Assembly (NCBI GenBank): GCA_038087875.1
Contig: CM075990.1
Span: 13,704,001 to 13,764,000, forward strand
DNA: 60,000 nt
From: Malacoraja senta
Lineage: Eukaryota
Direction: 5' to 3'
The position numbers and the translations under genes are program-made. Positions 13,938 to 25,590 of the stretch are shown here, piece after piece. The notes below the pieces were generated by a model. That model was given only the letters and a program-made list of their open reading frames with translations, searched no databases and had not been told where the DNA came from. The stretch's first letter is position 1. Every line of letters begins with the position of its first letter.

Positions 13938-14568
13938 TTCAAAGGTCTTTTATTGTCACATGTGCCAATTAAGGTACAGTGCTATGCAAATTACAATACA
14001 GTAATACGGAAAACAAAGCAACAAGACACACAACTACATAAAAGTTAACATAAACATCCACCACAGCGGATTCCTCACTGTGATGGAAAGCAAAGAAGTC
14101 CAATCTCCTTCCCCTTTATTCTCCCGCGGTCGGGGTAGTCGAACCATCCATCAGAACGATCAAAGCTCCCGCAGCCAGCGGTCGAAGCTCGCGTGTCGGG
14201 GCGATCGAAGCTCCCGCGGTTTGGAGTTCCCGAAGTCGGTCTCTGTCCAGAAACCGCGAGCTCCGTGATGTTAAAGTCTGCAAGTACCATGGTTGGAGCT
14301 CCGAGGTCGATCCCTGGCAAAGGAGCTCTGTGATGTTAAAGTCCGCAGGCACCCACGGTGGAGCTCTCAAAAGGCGGTCTCCAGCAAAGGCGGACAGAGA
14401 TACGATACGGAAAAAAATCGCATCTCCTTGGAGGTAAGAGATTAGAAAAAGTTTCTCCCAATTCCCCACCTCACCCCCCCTCCCAAATAAAGCAAGCTAA
14501 AGAACAGTAAAAACACAAAGAAGGAACAGACAGACTGTTGGCGAGGCAGCCATTTCTGGTGCCACCGG
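13938..14568 (-). mobile_element. GC-rich non-coding retroelement with internal GACTTTAACATC repeats and GACAATAAA tail
   Basis: Homologous to 24743-25455 (+), partly to 20185-20745 (+) and 37296-37497 (-). Confidence 0.7.
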
Positions 14569-16619
14569 TTGATGCCATATATCTGAGATGGCATGTTCTG
14601 ACCCAGGAATGATGGCAATATAAAGAAAAAGTTATTCTGTTGATAACATATACAAATACGATATGATATATGTTATATGTTGTATGATAACATATAACAT
14701 ATACAAATGTACATGACATGGAACATTCAGATCAACATTTCAACATCATTTTATTCCAATTGTTTAATGTTAGTGTGATGCCAGCTATCATTTATATAGA
14801 TTCAAAGGTTCATGGGTTCTGACACAGATTCCACCATTTACAATGCAATACTGCACTCAGCTTCTGTACCCATCTGCAAGCAACCCTGCAATGCACAGCA
14901 TGCTAGTTTGCACCACAGGGTCAGCAGCAAGACCTGGTACTTGCTAACCAGAAGTGGATTTAAATGCGGAGAGGAGAGTGTAAGACAGACATTAACTTTG
15001 CAGAGTTAGTCAAACAGACTCCTCCCATTGATGTATTATTTCGTCAATGGATGGAAGAAGCAGTGTTGACTTTTTTTCAAGAAGGCACATCAAGACTTAG
15101 CTATTTATTGTAATGCAGTAAAATTTAGGCAACTTCATTTGACATTGAGTGTGTCTTCAAGATAGACACAGGCAATGGATGTCAGTGCTTGTCCAGAAGA
15201 GATCAGGTAAAGTCCTGCAGCACCAATTCATGTCACTGGTCTCTTTACAGTGAGGTAGAGTTTGAGTCAATGATAAGGGAGGAAGAGCAATGTATTGCAA
15301 GGAGGGAAAAAGATAGAGGAGAAAGCAATGAGCTGGGAAAGAGTAGGACTAGAGTAATATTAGTAACATGGCACAAAAAGATTCAAAAGAATTTCACTGT
15401 CTTGGTACATATTATGTACTTTGGAGGAAGATGACTTTGAGGACTTTGGAGGAAGATGAAGAGTACACGAACCAATTGCTTATCAGACCTTTACCCAACA
15501 CATCCCTCAGTCAGTCAATAAGTCAGCCAGCTCAAATGTTTTAAAAAAAACTGCAGATGCTGGCAAGCTGAAATCAAACAGAAAATCCTGGAAGCTGCCA
15601 GAAGGTCAGGTAGCATCTGTGGAAAGAAAAATAGAATTAATGCTTCAGGTCAATCAGCCATCATTACATTTGACAAATGGACCTGCACTTGAAAAGTTAA
15701 CTGTTTCTCTTTTAATAAAAAGGGGCATGGTAATTGATTCTGACGGCAAAAACTCAACCTTTGACTTAATTTACCAATGCTTGTCAAGAGACTTCTGCTC
15801 CCCAAAGAAATTAATTTCATGTCTTTCAAAAAAAGATTTTTTTTAATTTTGGAAGTGATTAATGTTTTTCTAACTTACTGAGGTCTCCAGATGTGATTAT
15901 GAATCCCGGATGAAAAGGGGAGTAATATTTCCCCTTCAGCGAGCACTTCCAGTTTGAACAATTCCTTGTGTTTTCTCAAGATCCTCATCAATAATCTTCA
16001 CCTGCCTCCTGTACAGTGCTCTTACAGTGACCAGCTGGAATGGAACATGCTTTCACTTTAAGCTTCCGCTGCTAAAGCACAGCTGAGATCTCATCTTAGC
16101 CATGTACCAGGGTGTCTCTTGCTCAGGTAGGGGTGTTTGTCCATGTTATGTGTGGCTGTAAATATTCATTTTATGTTAGGACAAAACAAATGGCAGTATG
16201 TAGTCCCATGAGGTTAGTCAGCCATTCAGTTAGATCATGGCTGATCCATTACCTTGTCCATTTCCCCCACACATTTTCAATACTTCCATTCATAATTGGA
16301 TCGGGGAGGTTTAGAGAGATGGGAGCCAAACGCAGGCAAAATTCAACTTGGTTGACTTGGGCAAGTTCATCCGAAGGTCCTGTTTCCTGCTGTATAACTC
16401 AATGACTCTAAAAATGTATTAATTTCAGTCCTGGCAATCTGCTGCTTTCTGAGGTAGAGGATGGCTACCATTATGAGATCGGAGACTTAATCATAGATTT
16501 TGGATTATAGTCACAAATTGAACTTATAAAGGCACACTTATGGACATTATTGCCACAGCCACATTATAGATATTGCTGTATAGCCACAACAATGAGGCTG
16601 TATAGCAACAACAATTTTA

Positions 16620-19330
16620 TGCTTAGATTCAAACGTAGGAGAAACTATTGCATTTTATTTTACTAATAACATTGATGATGAAAATAAATAGAGATTAGTC
16701 TAGGTGAGAACAGCAACCAATGAAAATCCTACTCTGCTTGGAGAAAAAGTTAACTAAGATAGGAAATAATTGGTGGATTTGTTGAAGAAAAACTAACCCA
16801 AAGCATTTCAAGGTTTATGTTTCATTCAAGGTTATGGAGACACAGTGAAACAGTGGCTAAACACCAAAGCTGAACTGAAGGAGTTATCACAAGCTGTAAT
16901 CATGGAGCATACTGTCTCTGACGCTGAGGGACAGATTAATGAGCAGAATCAATGAAGATCGGATTCAGAGGCAGTTTATAACAGAGGTTAATCTGACCTT
17001 TGACAACACACAGATAATTGCCCAAGCAATGGAAATGGCAAGTAAAAACACAGAGGATTGGAAACTAAGACTGGCTGTTCCATGTAATGGTGCACTTGGC
17101 ACCAACTGGTAGAGCACTGTTTTCTGATACAAAATGAACATCATTTTAACAAGGTAAACATAAGCTGTTGCAGTTGTGGAACAAAGGTTATGCCAATATA
17201 GTGACAGAAAATGTTACACATGTGTTTGAAAACAACACATCACTTGAGCTAGTAGGAATGAACATAAAGTTCAGTAAACAAATTGAAAGTAAGAGGTTAA
17301 AGGAAGATGCCTAGTGTTTCTGAAGCTTCCTCCAATCCTCACTATGATAAAGAAGCTTGTGAAGACTGTAATACAGAGAAGTGTTCAGAATGTTTAATGA
17401 GGAAGAAGCTGCCTTAACAAAAGCAAAACCCACTAATTGTTAACATGACAGTAAATGACAGTCATGTGATCTTTGAACTAGACACGAGGTATAGAACTAA
17501 ACTGATGGACCAGGCCACACAACACCCAGGAAGTTGGGGGACCAGAAAAACTACAATCGAACAGCCACGTCTGAACACTCATACAGGCGAAAGCACTGGA
17601 ACAGGTGGTGTTGAAAAAATGGTGAAGTACCAGCCTTCCCACTGGGAGTTGTTGCAGGCTGTGGATCAGACCTGTTCGGAAGAGGCTGCCTGAAAGAAAT
17701 TCCCCTGGAGTGGAGGGATATTCATTGTGTTAACATGAGTGAAGCAAGAGTATTACAGAAGTTGCTGGGAAGACATGAAGACATGAAGATGTTTACATTC
17801 TTGAGGTGGGTTCGTTGATGGGTTATCAAGCCAAAATTCATGTTGATCACAATACTCCTTCCAGATCTTTCAAGTTAATTTCAGTTTAGTTTAGTTTATT
17901 GTCACGTGTACTGAGGTACAGCGAAAAAGCTTTTGTTGCATGCTAAACAGTCAGCGGAAAGACAATACATGATTATAATCGAGCCATTTACAGTGTGTAG
18001 CTGCATGATAAGGGAATAACGTTTAGTGCCAGTAAAGTCCAATCAAAGATAGTCCGAGGGTCACCAATGAGATAGATAGTAGTTCAGGACTGCTCTCGAG
18101 TAGTGGTCGGATGATTCAGTTGCCTGATAACAATTGGGAAGAAACAGTCCCTGAATCAGGAGGTGTGCATTTTCACACTTCTATACCTCTTGCCTGATGG
18201 AAGAGGGAGTGGCCAGGGTGCGACTCGTCCTTGATTATGCTGCTGGCCGAGGCAGCGTGAGGTATAAATGGAGTCAATGGAAGGGAGGTTGGTTTGTGTG
18301 ATGCTCTGTGCTGCGTCCACAATTCGCTGCAATTTCTTACGGTAATTTCAAGGCAAGGTCAGTGCCCTGTGTAATGAAACCAAAATTAATTAACTGGTTG
18401 CTCAGAGAGAAAATTATTGACTCTTTAGAATACTCTGAGTGGACAGCGCCCATTGTGTCAGTGTTAAAGCATGATGGATCCATTTACATTTGTGCGGATT
18501 GCAAGCTGTGTTAATGGAGTCTCATCCTTGGGATTATCGCATTGTTAGACTGGAAGGACTATTACAGTTTTGGCTGAGGGAAGCAGTTCGCAATGCTGGA
18601 AACGAGCCATGCATTCCAGCAGCTACAGTTTCTTGTGTCTCTATTTTACGTATCTGGGATTGTTGATTTGTTTTAATAAATTCTCACCAATCCAGCAGCA
18701 TTCCCGACTCCACTGCATCAAAGGAATGTGAAGTGAAAGTGAATGATGCGCAGGAAAAGGCTTTGGTGCATTCTAGAGAATTGCCTGAGACTGCTGATGT
18801 GCTGGTTGACAGTGTTCACTTTATCATGTGAGGTCCCATGGAGTAGAAGTCTCTATAGGATTTATGTCCGGTACATTGACAGCAGCGGAGGAAAAAAAAA
18901 AAAATCAGGAACTGCAGATGCTGGTTTATGCATTTTGGTTCGGGACCCTTCAGACTGAAAAAGGGTCCCAACCTGAAATGTTATCTGTGTGTGTGTTCTC
19001 CAGAGATTCTGCTTGACCTATTGAGTTGCTCCAGCGCTTGGTGTCCTTTGGAGAAAAAATAGTCTCAGTCTAATAAAGAAAGTTGAACTTTCATGTATGG
19101 TACATTTGTGGGCATCACTTCACCATTTCCACAGAATACAACCCCCCTGGTTTCCCTTTTCCATTCATTGGAACCAGTAGTTCAAATGCTTTCCCCATAA
19201 GTTCAAAGATGGACGTTGACTTGGAGACTATGTGAATCCACAATTGTTTTCAAAGCGGGGAAATACCATGGAGACACAGATGTGGCCATTCATCCTCCAA
19301 TGCCAAACACAACAGTCAATGAAAAAGAAG
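16620..19330 (+). mobile_element. Degraded Gypsy LTR-retrotransposon internal region (gag-pro-RT-RNaseH relics)
   Basis: LRDRL..INEDRIQRQ..LTF..AQAMEMA gag-like (about 16920-17040); FELDT protease-like (17472); FKARSVP and SEWTAPIVSVLKHDGSIYICAD RT-like (18346-18505); HHFTISTEYNP RNaseH-like (about 19115). Many stops and frameshifts; boundaries approximate. Confidence 0.7.
17875..18345 (-). mobile_element. Rex1/Babar-type LINE 3' end inserted in the Gypsy relic
   Basis: Minus strand encodes the HPGH..LPSGKRYRS-type C-terminus and ends GACAATAAACTAAACTAAAC; TSD TTTCAAG at 17868-74 and 18346-52. Confidence 0.75.
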
Positions 19331-19521
19331 GTGCTGGTGCTGGATCTCCTGGATGTAGACAGCAGATAGCAGAGGATCCTATACTCCTGCATATGGAGGT
19401 TAGAAGAGAAAGAGCAGATTGTAGCATACTCAAAATATTTTATTCTTGGATTGGGCTTGGGGTTGGGAAATTACTAAAACCTAGAATTAATGTAGTAATT
19501 AGATGCACATGGTTGATAATT

Positions 19522-20105
19522 ATAGAGTGATACAGTGTGGAAATAGGCCTTTCGGCCCAACTTGCCCACACCGGCCAACATGTCCCAGCCACACTAGTCC
19601 CACCTGCCTGCACTTGGTCCATATCCCTTCAAACTTGTCCTATCCATGTACCTGCCTAACTGTTTCTTAAATGTTGGGATATTCCCAGCATCAACTACCT
19701 CCTCTGGCAGCTTGTTCCATACACCACCACCCTTTGTATGAAAATGTTACCCCTCAGATTCCTATAAAAAAAATTCCCCTTCACCTTGAACCTCTGGTCC
19801 TCAATTCCCCTACACTGGGCAAGAGACTCTGTGCATCTACCTGATCCATTCCTCTCATGATTTTATACACCTCTATAAGATCACCCCTCATCCTCCTGCA
19901 CTCCATGGAATAGAGACCCAGCTTACTCAACCTCTCCCTATAGCTCAAACCCTCTAGTCCTGGCAACATCCTCGCAAATCTTCTCTGAACCCTTTCAAGC
20001 TTGATAATATCTTTCCTATAACATGGTGTCCAGAACTGAACACAATACTCTATATGCAGTCTCACCAACATCTTATACAACAGCAACATGACCTCCCAAC
20101 TTGTC
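19522..20105 (-). mobile_element. CR1 LINE 3' fragment (different subfamily)
   Basis: LLLYKMLVRLHIEYCVQFW...LERVQRRFARMLPGL...RGDLIEVYKIM in ORF 19781-20302; tail GGGCCGAAAGGCCT. Confidence 0.88.
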
Positions 20106-20142
20106 CACCAAGGCAGCAGGAGTGCTTCTGGGGTCTCGTCTT

Positions 20143-20745
20143 TACAATACAATAATACTTTATCAGCCAAGTATGTTTTGCAACTCTGATCGTTCTGCGG
20201 CTTAACATCGATGGAGCTGGAGGCCCCCTCAGACTGACTTTGAGCCCCACCATGGGGCATGGACTTGCATCGGAGCCGATCCCTTGCCTGGGATCGCTCC
20301 AACCGCAGCCTGTGGACATTACATCAAGAGCTTGCAGTCTCGGGAGAGGCCGGGCCGGGAGCTCCAATGATGCAGAGGTTCGACCAGCCCCGATGCGGGG
20401 TCCGATTGCCGGCACGGGGGAGCTGACATCCCTCCTGATGCAGGAGCTGATCGCCCCGACGCGGAGGGCACAAAATGCCGCCGGCTACGGGAGTCAAGAT
20501 CGTCCTGTTAACAGAAGGCTCCAGGCCCCCGACCGCGGAAGAACAAAGAAGGGAAGAGATTGAACTTTATTTTGCCTTCTATCACAGTGAGGAATGTGGA
20601 GGAGTCACTGTGGTGGATGTTCATATTAAAATGTATTTTGTGTGTTCCGTTGCTTTTTATTTGTATGACTGACTTGGGAAATGAAATTCCTCGTATGTTG
20701 CAAAACATAAATGGCTAATAAAATAGTAGTATGTATTGTATTGAA
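20143..20745 (+). mobile_element. Related GC-rich non-coding element with an inverted copy of its own tail at the 5' end
   Basis: Shares the GCCTTC..CACAGTG..CACTGTGGTGGATG module; 20143-20184 is the reverse complement of 20697-20740. Confidence 0.65.
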
Positions 20746-21344
20746 TTGTCTTGTGTCAATGTTTTGATCATTAGCAGAAACCATTTTGGCTCATCCCACT
20801 GAGTATTGTGTTTGCAACCAGGTAAACTCAACAGACTTGAGCAAAATAAATTAATTTCTTAGTATGTAACTTGGGCAATAAAGTACATCAGAGATACACT
20901 GAAAGTTTCTTTCAGTCAAGATGCATGCTGGAGTCGTGAACCAGAGGGGCAGAGCTTACCCCTGGAGCCTGGGTTACCTGACCTCAGCTCAACAGCACCA
21001 GATCACGTGTTTTAGTATTGTTGGATCTCAAAGAAATGGGTTCTTAACTTGGAATCACTTCATTGATTTGCCTCTTTGGAGCAGAGAAGATTATGGGGAG
21101 ATTTAATGGAGGCATTGACAATTATATGGGATTTAGAAAGAGCAGGCAGGAGGGTAAGTAACCAGACATTGCAGACTTAAGACAAAAAAAGACAAACCAG
21201 AAATGAGGAGAAATATATTTACCCAATGAGTTGTTCTGGTTTAGAAAGCAGTGTCTGAAAGAATGATGAGAATCAATTCGGGAACAATTTTCAGAAGTGC
21301 CCGGGTGAGTGGGAAGCAGAGACCCAGAGAATAGAAAATGGATG

Positions 21345-21437
21345 GTACACAAAAATGCTGGAGAAACTCAGCGGGTGCAGCAGCATCTATGGAGCGAAGG
21401 AAATAGGCAACGTTTCAGGCCGAAACCCTTCTTCAGA
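21345..21437 (-). mobile_element. Penelope-derived mini-insertion consisting of hammerhead core + tail
   Basis: Near-identical to 31950-32040; 12-bp TSD AGAAAATGGATG at 21333-44 and 21435-46. Confidence 0.8.
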
Positions 21438-21772
21438 AAATGGATGCCTGGGAAATGGGGTGCTGGCATGTGGAAACTGGGGTTCTGGCGAGTGGGGAGA
21501 AATGCAGGAGCCACGGTCCAGTGATGGGAAGGGACATGGAAGCCAGGGCTCTGGAGACTGGAAATGGAGTGTGGCAATTGAGGTTGTTTTGAGTGGAAAG
21601 GGAACATTACAAACATTGACAGATGGTTGATGGTGAGGCAGATGATGAACAATCAGGAGTTTGCAAACTTTTTGAACTATTGAAGTACTTCTGTAAATGG
21701 AATTAATCCTTGACCTGACTGAATGATGGAACGGGGGAATAAGTGGCCTATTCCAGGAAATAAGGTAAACAT

Positions 21773-22275
21773 TTAATAATAATAATAATAATGAATTTTA
21801 TTTATGGGTGCCTTATACCGAGGTCTCAAGGACACCTTACAGAGATTTATGGTTAACATATAATCAGAATAATCAGAATTAAAAAAATAAGTTATAAAGA
21901 CCAATACACAAATCAGGGACAGAATTCCTTCCAAAAACACAAAAAAGAAAATCAGAAACACAATTTGAGGAGAGAGCAGCGGCAGCGAAACCGTGCCAGC
22001 GTCCACTCTCCCCTCCGACTGCCATCTTGAACACAGACTAACAAATACAATTACAAACAAAAATCATCCCCCCACAATGATTTCCACTGTGGGGGAAGGC
22101 ACAATGTCCAGTCCCCAGCCCCAGTTCAACCAAAAAGTCAGGCCAAATGAGGCCCCCGCTATTGCCTCTACGGAGGCCCGATGATCCTGGCCGTTCTCGC
22201 CGGGTGATGTAGCCCTGGCGTCGGGAGAGTCCTCCAGCAGCTGGGCCACCTGGAACGGCCGCATTCCTCACCGGT
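21773..22275 (-). mobile_element. Non-coding element with L2-type tail
   Basis: Minus end TGTAAGGTGTCCTTGAG..AAGGCACCCATAAATAAAATTC(ATT)n; carries the shared hairpin module at about 22064-22102. Confidence 0.6.
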
Positions 22276-22798
22276 TAGAGGGCATAGATTAGATTAGGAG
22301 GGCATAGCTTTAAGATGAGAGGAGCAAGGTTTAAAGGAGATGTGTGGGGTAAGTGTTTTACGCAGAGGGTGATGAGTGCCTGGAGTATACTGGTGGTGGA
22401 GGCAGATACGATAGTGGAATTTAAGAGACTTTTGCATAGGCACATGGATATGCAGAGAATGAAGGGATGTGGATCACATGCAGGCAAATAAGGGATGGTC
22501 TTGGCATTATGTTCGGCACAGACATTGTGGACCGAAGGGCCTGTTCCTGCAATATACTGTGCTATGTTCTCATATCAATCTCCCAATGCTTCAGAGCAGT
22601 GCTTCAAGATAAAAATGGCTTTAGGAAGATGAGAACCCAGGGGTTACATAAATCTAATGTGCATTAACGGCTTCCTGCTGGAGCAGTGCCCAGGGTTCTG
22701 ACCCTCCATCATGCTCAGCTGTTTGTTTCGGTGGAGCTCATTTCAGTCTTTGAGTCGGGCTGGTGATGGGAAACTTCATGCAGAGCAAGGACTGTGCG

Positions 22799-22820
22799 CA
22801 CACACACACACACACACACA
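22799..22820. repeat. (CA)n microsatellite
   Basis: Directly visible. Confidence 0.9.
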
Positions 22821-24596
22821 AGACTCTCCCTTTGTGGTAGCTGCTGATTGATACAGTGGCCAGGTGCGGTGGCAGGTGTACCAGCACTGTGCAAACATAC
22901 TGTTTACACAAGAGACAGGGCTTACTGAAAAAAGAGATTAGTCTCGGCTCACCTGTGCCGTCCATTTAATTGCAGCCAGGTGAATTGCCCCCCTATCACT
23001 CGCTCTCGCTCTCTCTCTCACATTTTAAATTATTTCTACACATACACTGGTCGCCCTTTATTGAACAGCTTGTGCTTCAGGCTCTGGTATTCTCTGACTC
23101 CCTACCTTTCTCTCATTCTCCAAAGGACTTCTATGTCTTTGCTCCAATGCTGCTCAATGATAATATTTTGTCCGTCGAGGAGGTTTACTTTGGTCCTCTA
23201 CCTCCAAGAATGCTTTGTGTTTTTGACATCTAGATTTCAACAGAGAGGGTCAGTATCTCCCCCCATTTACATCCGATCAACATCATTCCCCTGTAGTTGT
23301 GGGCAAAACAATCAGTAAATCCAGCACCAGCATTTAAATCCCATTTGGCCAGAAAATGCCATCTCCTCCCATTGCTTCTTGCAGGAGTACTTTGTGTGTG
23401 TATTACATTGTTCATTTAAAATGTAAAGGGACCCTCAATTAACAGCAATTAAGAGACCACAGAAAGCAATGATCAATTTGTGTCTTTATGATGTGTCTTC
23501 ATGATGTGAAGACAGTTCTATCAACTTGAAATGTTAACTCTGCTATTCTCTCCATAAATATTGCCTGATCTGCTGAATATTTTCTGTTTTTATTCTGGAA
23601 AGACATACTTGTATTTGGGTAGCATGTCATTCAGTTTCAGAAGTATCTCAGGAACTCCATAGCCAGAAACTATGAACATGTTGCCACTGATGCACCACAG
23701 GAGTCTCATCTCGCCTGCCTCAGCTGCCCTGTCTCTCAATTCTGTTCTCCTTCGTTTGGTCATTTAACTTCTCCTGATAATCATCTCTCTTGATCACTTC
23801 AACTTTCCTTGTAGTCATGCATTCTGCATCTGTGGGTGTAGGATTCTTTAGAAATTTGCTGCTGGATTTACTAATGATCGAGCTGTATATATGGCCTCTA
23901 CTTTTGGACTACCCACATAGAAAAATGTTCTCAATGTTTGCTCCATCGCACTCTTCAATAGAGATCTCTCTCATTCTTTCTTCTCCAAGAAAATATATCC
24001 CCAACCTGTTGATCCTTACTGAATAAGTAAATCCTTTCAGTTCTCGTCTCATGCTTGTAATGTTTCACATAGTGAGCTTTTGTGCAGCTGAGCACACCAG
24101 TTATAAGATATCTAATCAATTATAATCATATGTAGATCTGACAGCAAGGGAACAGACCATTTAACTCCCTGGTCAATACTGCTGCAAATCCTCAGTGCAA
24201 GCTAATAACCCTATTCACATTTGCCACTCTAATCTTGTATTTTGTCATTTTCTTTTCCTTCTTGTATCAGGCACTCCTCTCGCCCCCAATCCCGATCTAC
24301 ACTTGTGTTGATATCATTATTGCCCCAACCACAAACCCTGGAAATAATTTCCACAATCTGACACTTCTCAGGGTAAAGCCTTCGTTTTATTTCTCTCCAT
24401 TTAGGATGAGTCCATAGTCCCTCCTTTGGGATTCTATGACTCTGGTAAGCAGTTCCTCTGCCTGGTCTGACTCATCTTCCAGAATCATCCTTTAATCATC
24501 TTATCATCAAGTCTGTGCAGTAATGAAGAAGCCTAATTGAATTTAATTTAGTTTCCTTTCATTCCAACTCTTCTTTCTTTATATGTTCCTGATATC

Positions 24597-25590
24597 GGGC
24601 ACAGTAGTGCAATGGTAGAATTTCTGCCTCATTGTGCCAGAGACCAGATTCGATGTTGAATACACATGCTGTCTGTATGGAGTTTGTACATTATCCCTGT
24701 TCTCCCGGTTTTCTCCGGATGCCGGGTTTCTTCGGGAACACCAGGTGGCGCCACCAGCAGTGGCTGCCTCGCCAACAGTCTCTGTCCTTTTTTGTTATTT
24801 TTAGTATGTGTTAAAAGTATGTTTTATTATTCCTTGGTTTGTTTTATGTGGTGGGGGTGGGGGGGGGGTGTTGAGGCGGTTGGGGGCAACTTTTTCTCAA
24901 TCTCTTACCTCGACGGAGATGCAATTTTTTTTCCGTAACGTATCTCCGTCCCCACTGCGGCCTAGCATCGTGGAGTTGGCGGCCTTCCCTGGAGACTGAC
25001 CCGGCGATCCAAGCCTTTAACATCGCGGAGTTTGCGATCCCTTTGCCAGGGATCGAAGTTCCAACCGCAGGGCCTGCGGACTTTAACATCATGAAGCCCG
25101 CGGTCCCTGGTAAGAAGAGACTGACCCGGGAGCTCCATGCCGCGGAGAGAGTTTCAACTGCTCCAACTCGGGAGTTTCAATCACCCCGATGGGGGCTTCG
25201 ATCATCGTCTGCAGGGGCTTTGATCGCCCCGACTGCCATGACTGCGGGAGAACAAAGAGGAAGAAGATTGAACTTTATTGCCTTCCATCCCAGTGAGGAA
25301 TGTGGAATCCACTGTGATGGATGTTTATGTTAACTTTTATGTGGTTGTGTGTCTTGTTGCTTTTCACTTAGTATGGCTGTGTGATAACTCAAAATTTCAC
25401 TCTACCTTAATTGGAACATGTGGCAATAAATTAACCTTCACATTGAAGCCTTGAAAAGAAGGAGTGATTTGTGGGTTGATTGGTTTCTGTAAATCATCCC
25501 TGGTGTGTAGGATAGTGCTAGTGTACGGGCTGATCGCTGCTTGACATGGACTTAGTGGTCTGAAGGGCTTATTTCTACGCTAAATTCTAA
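24597..25590 (+). mobile_element. HE1-like V-SINE split by a GC-rich non-autonomous element (about 24743-25455)
   Basis: SINE head 24597-24735 and tail 25470-25590 flank an element homologous to 13938-14568. Confidence 0.75.

Noticed and set aside
14075..14469. GC/CpG-rich patches resembling a CpG-island promoter (also 20200-20560, 24900-25260)
   Set aside because: Dispersed copies of one repeat family, so not evidence for the RET promoter.
24737..24755. CTCF-like ACACCAGGTGGCGCC
   Set aside because: Lies at the junction of nested repeats; no support for function.
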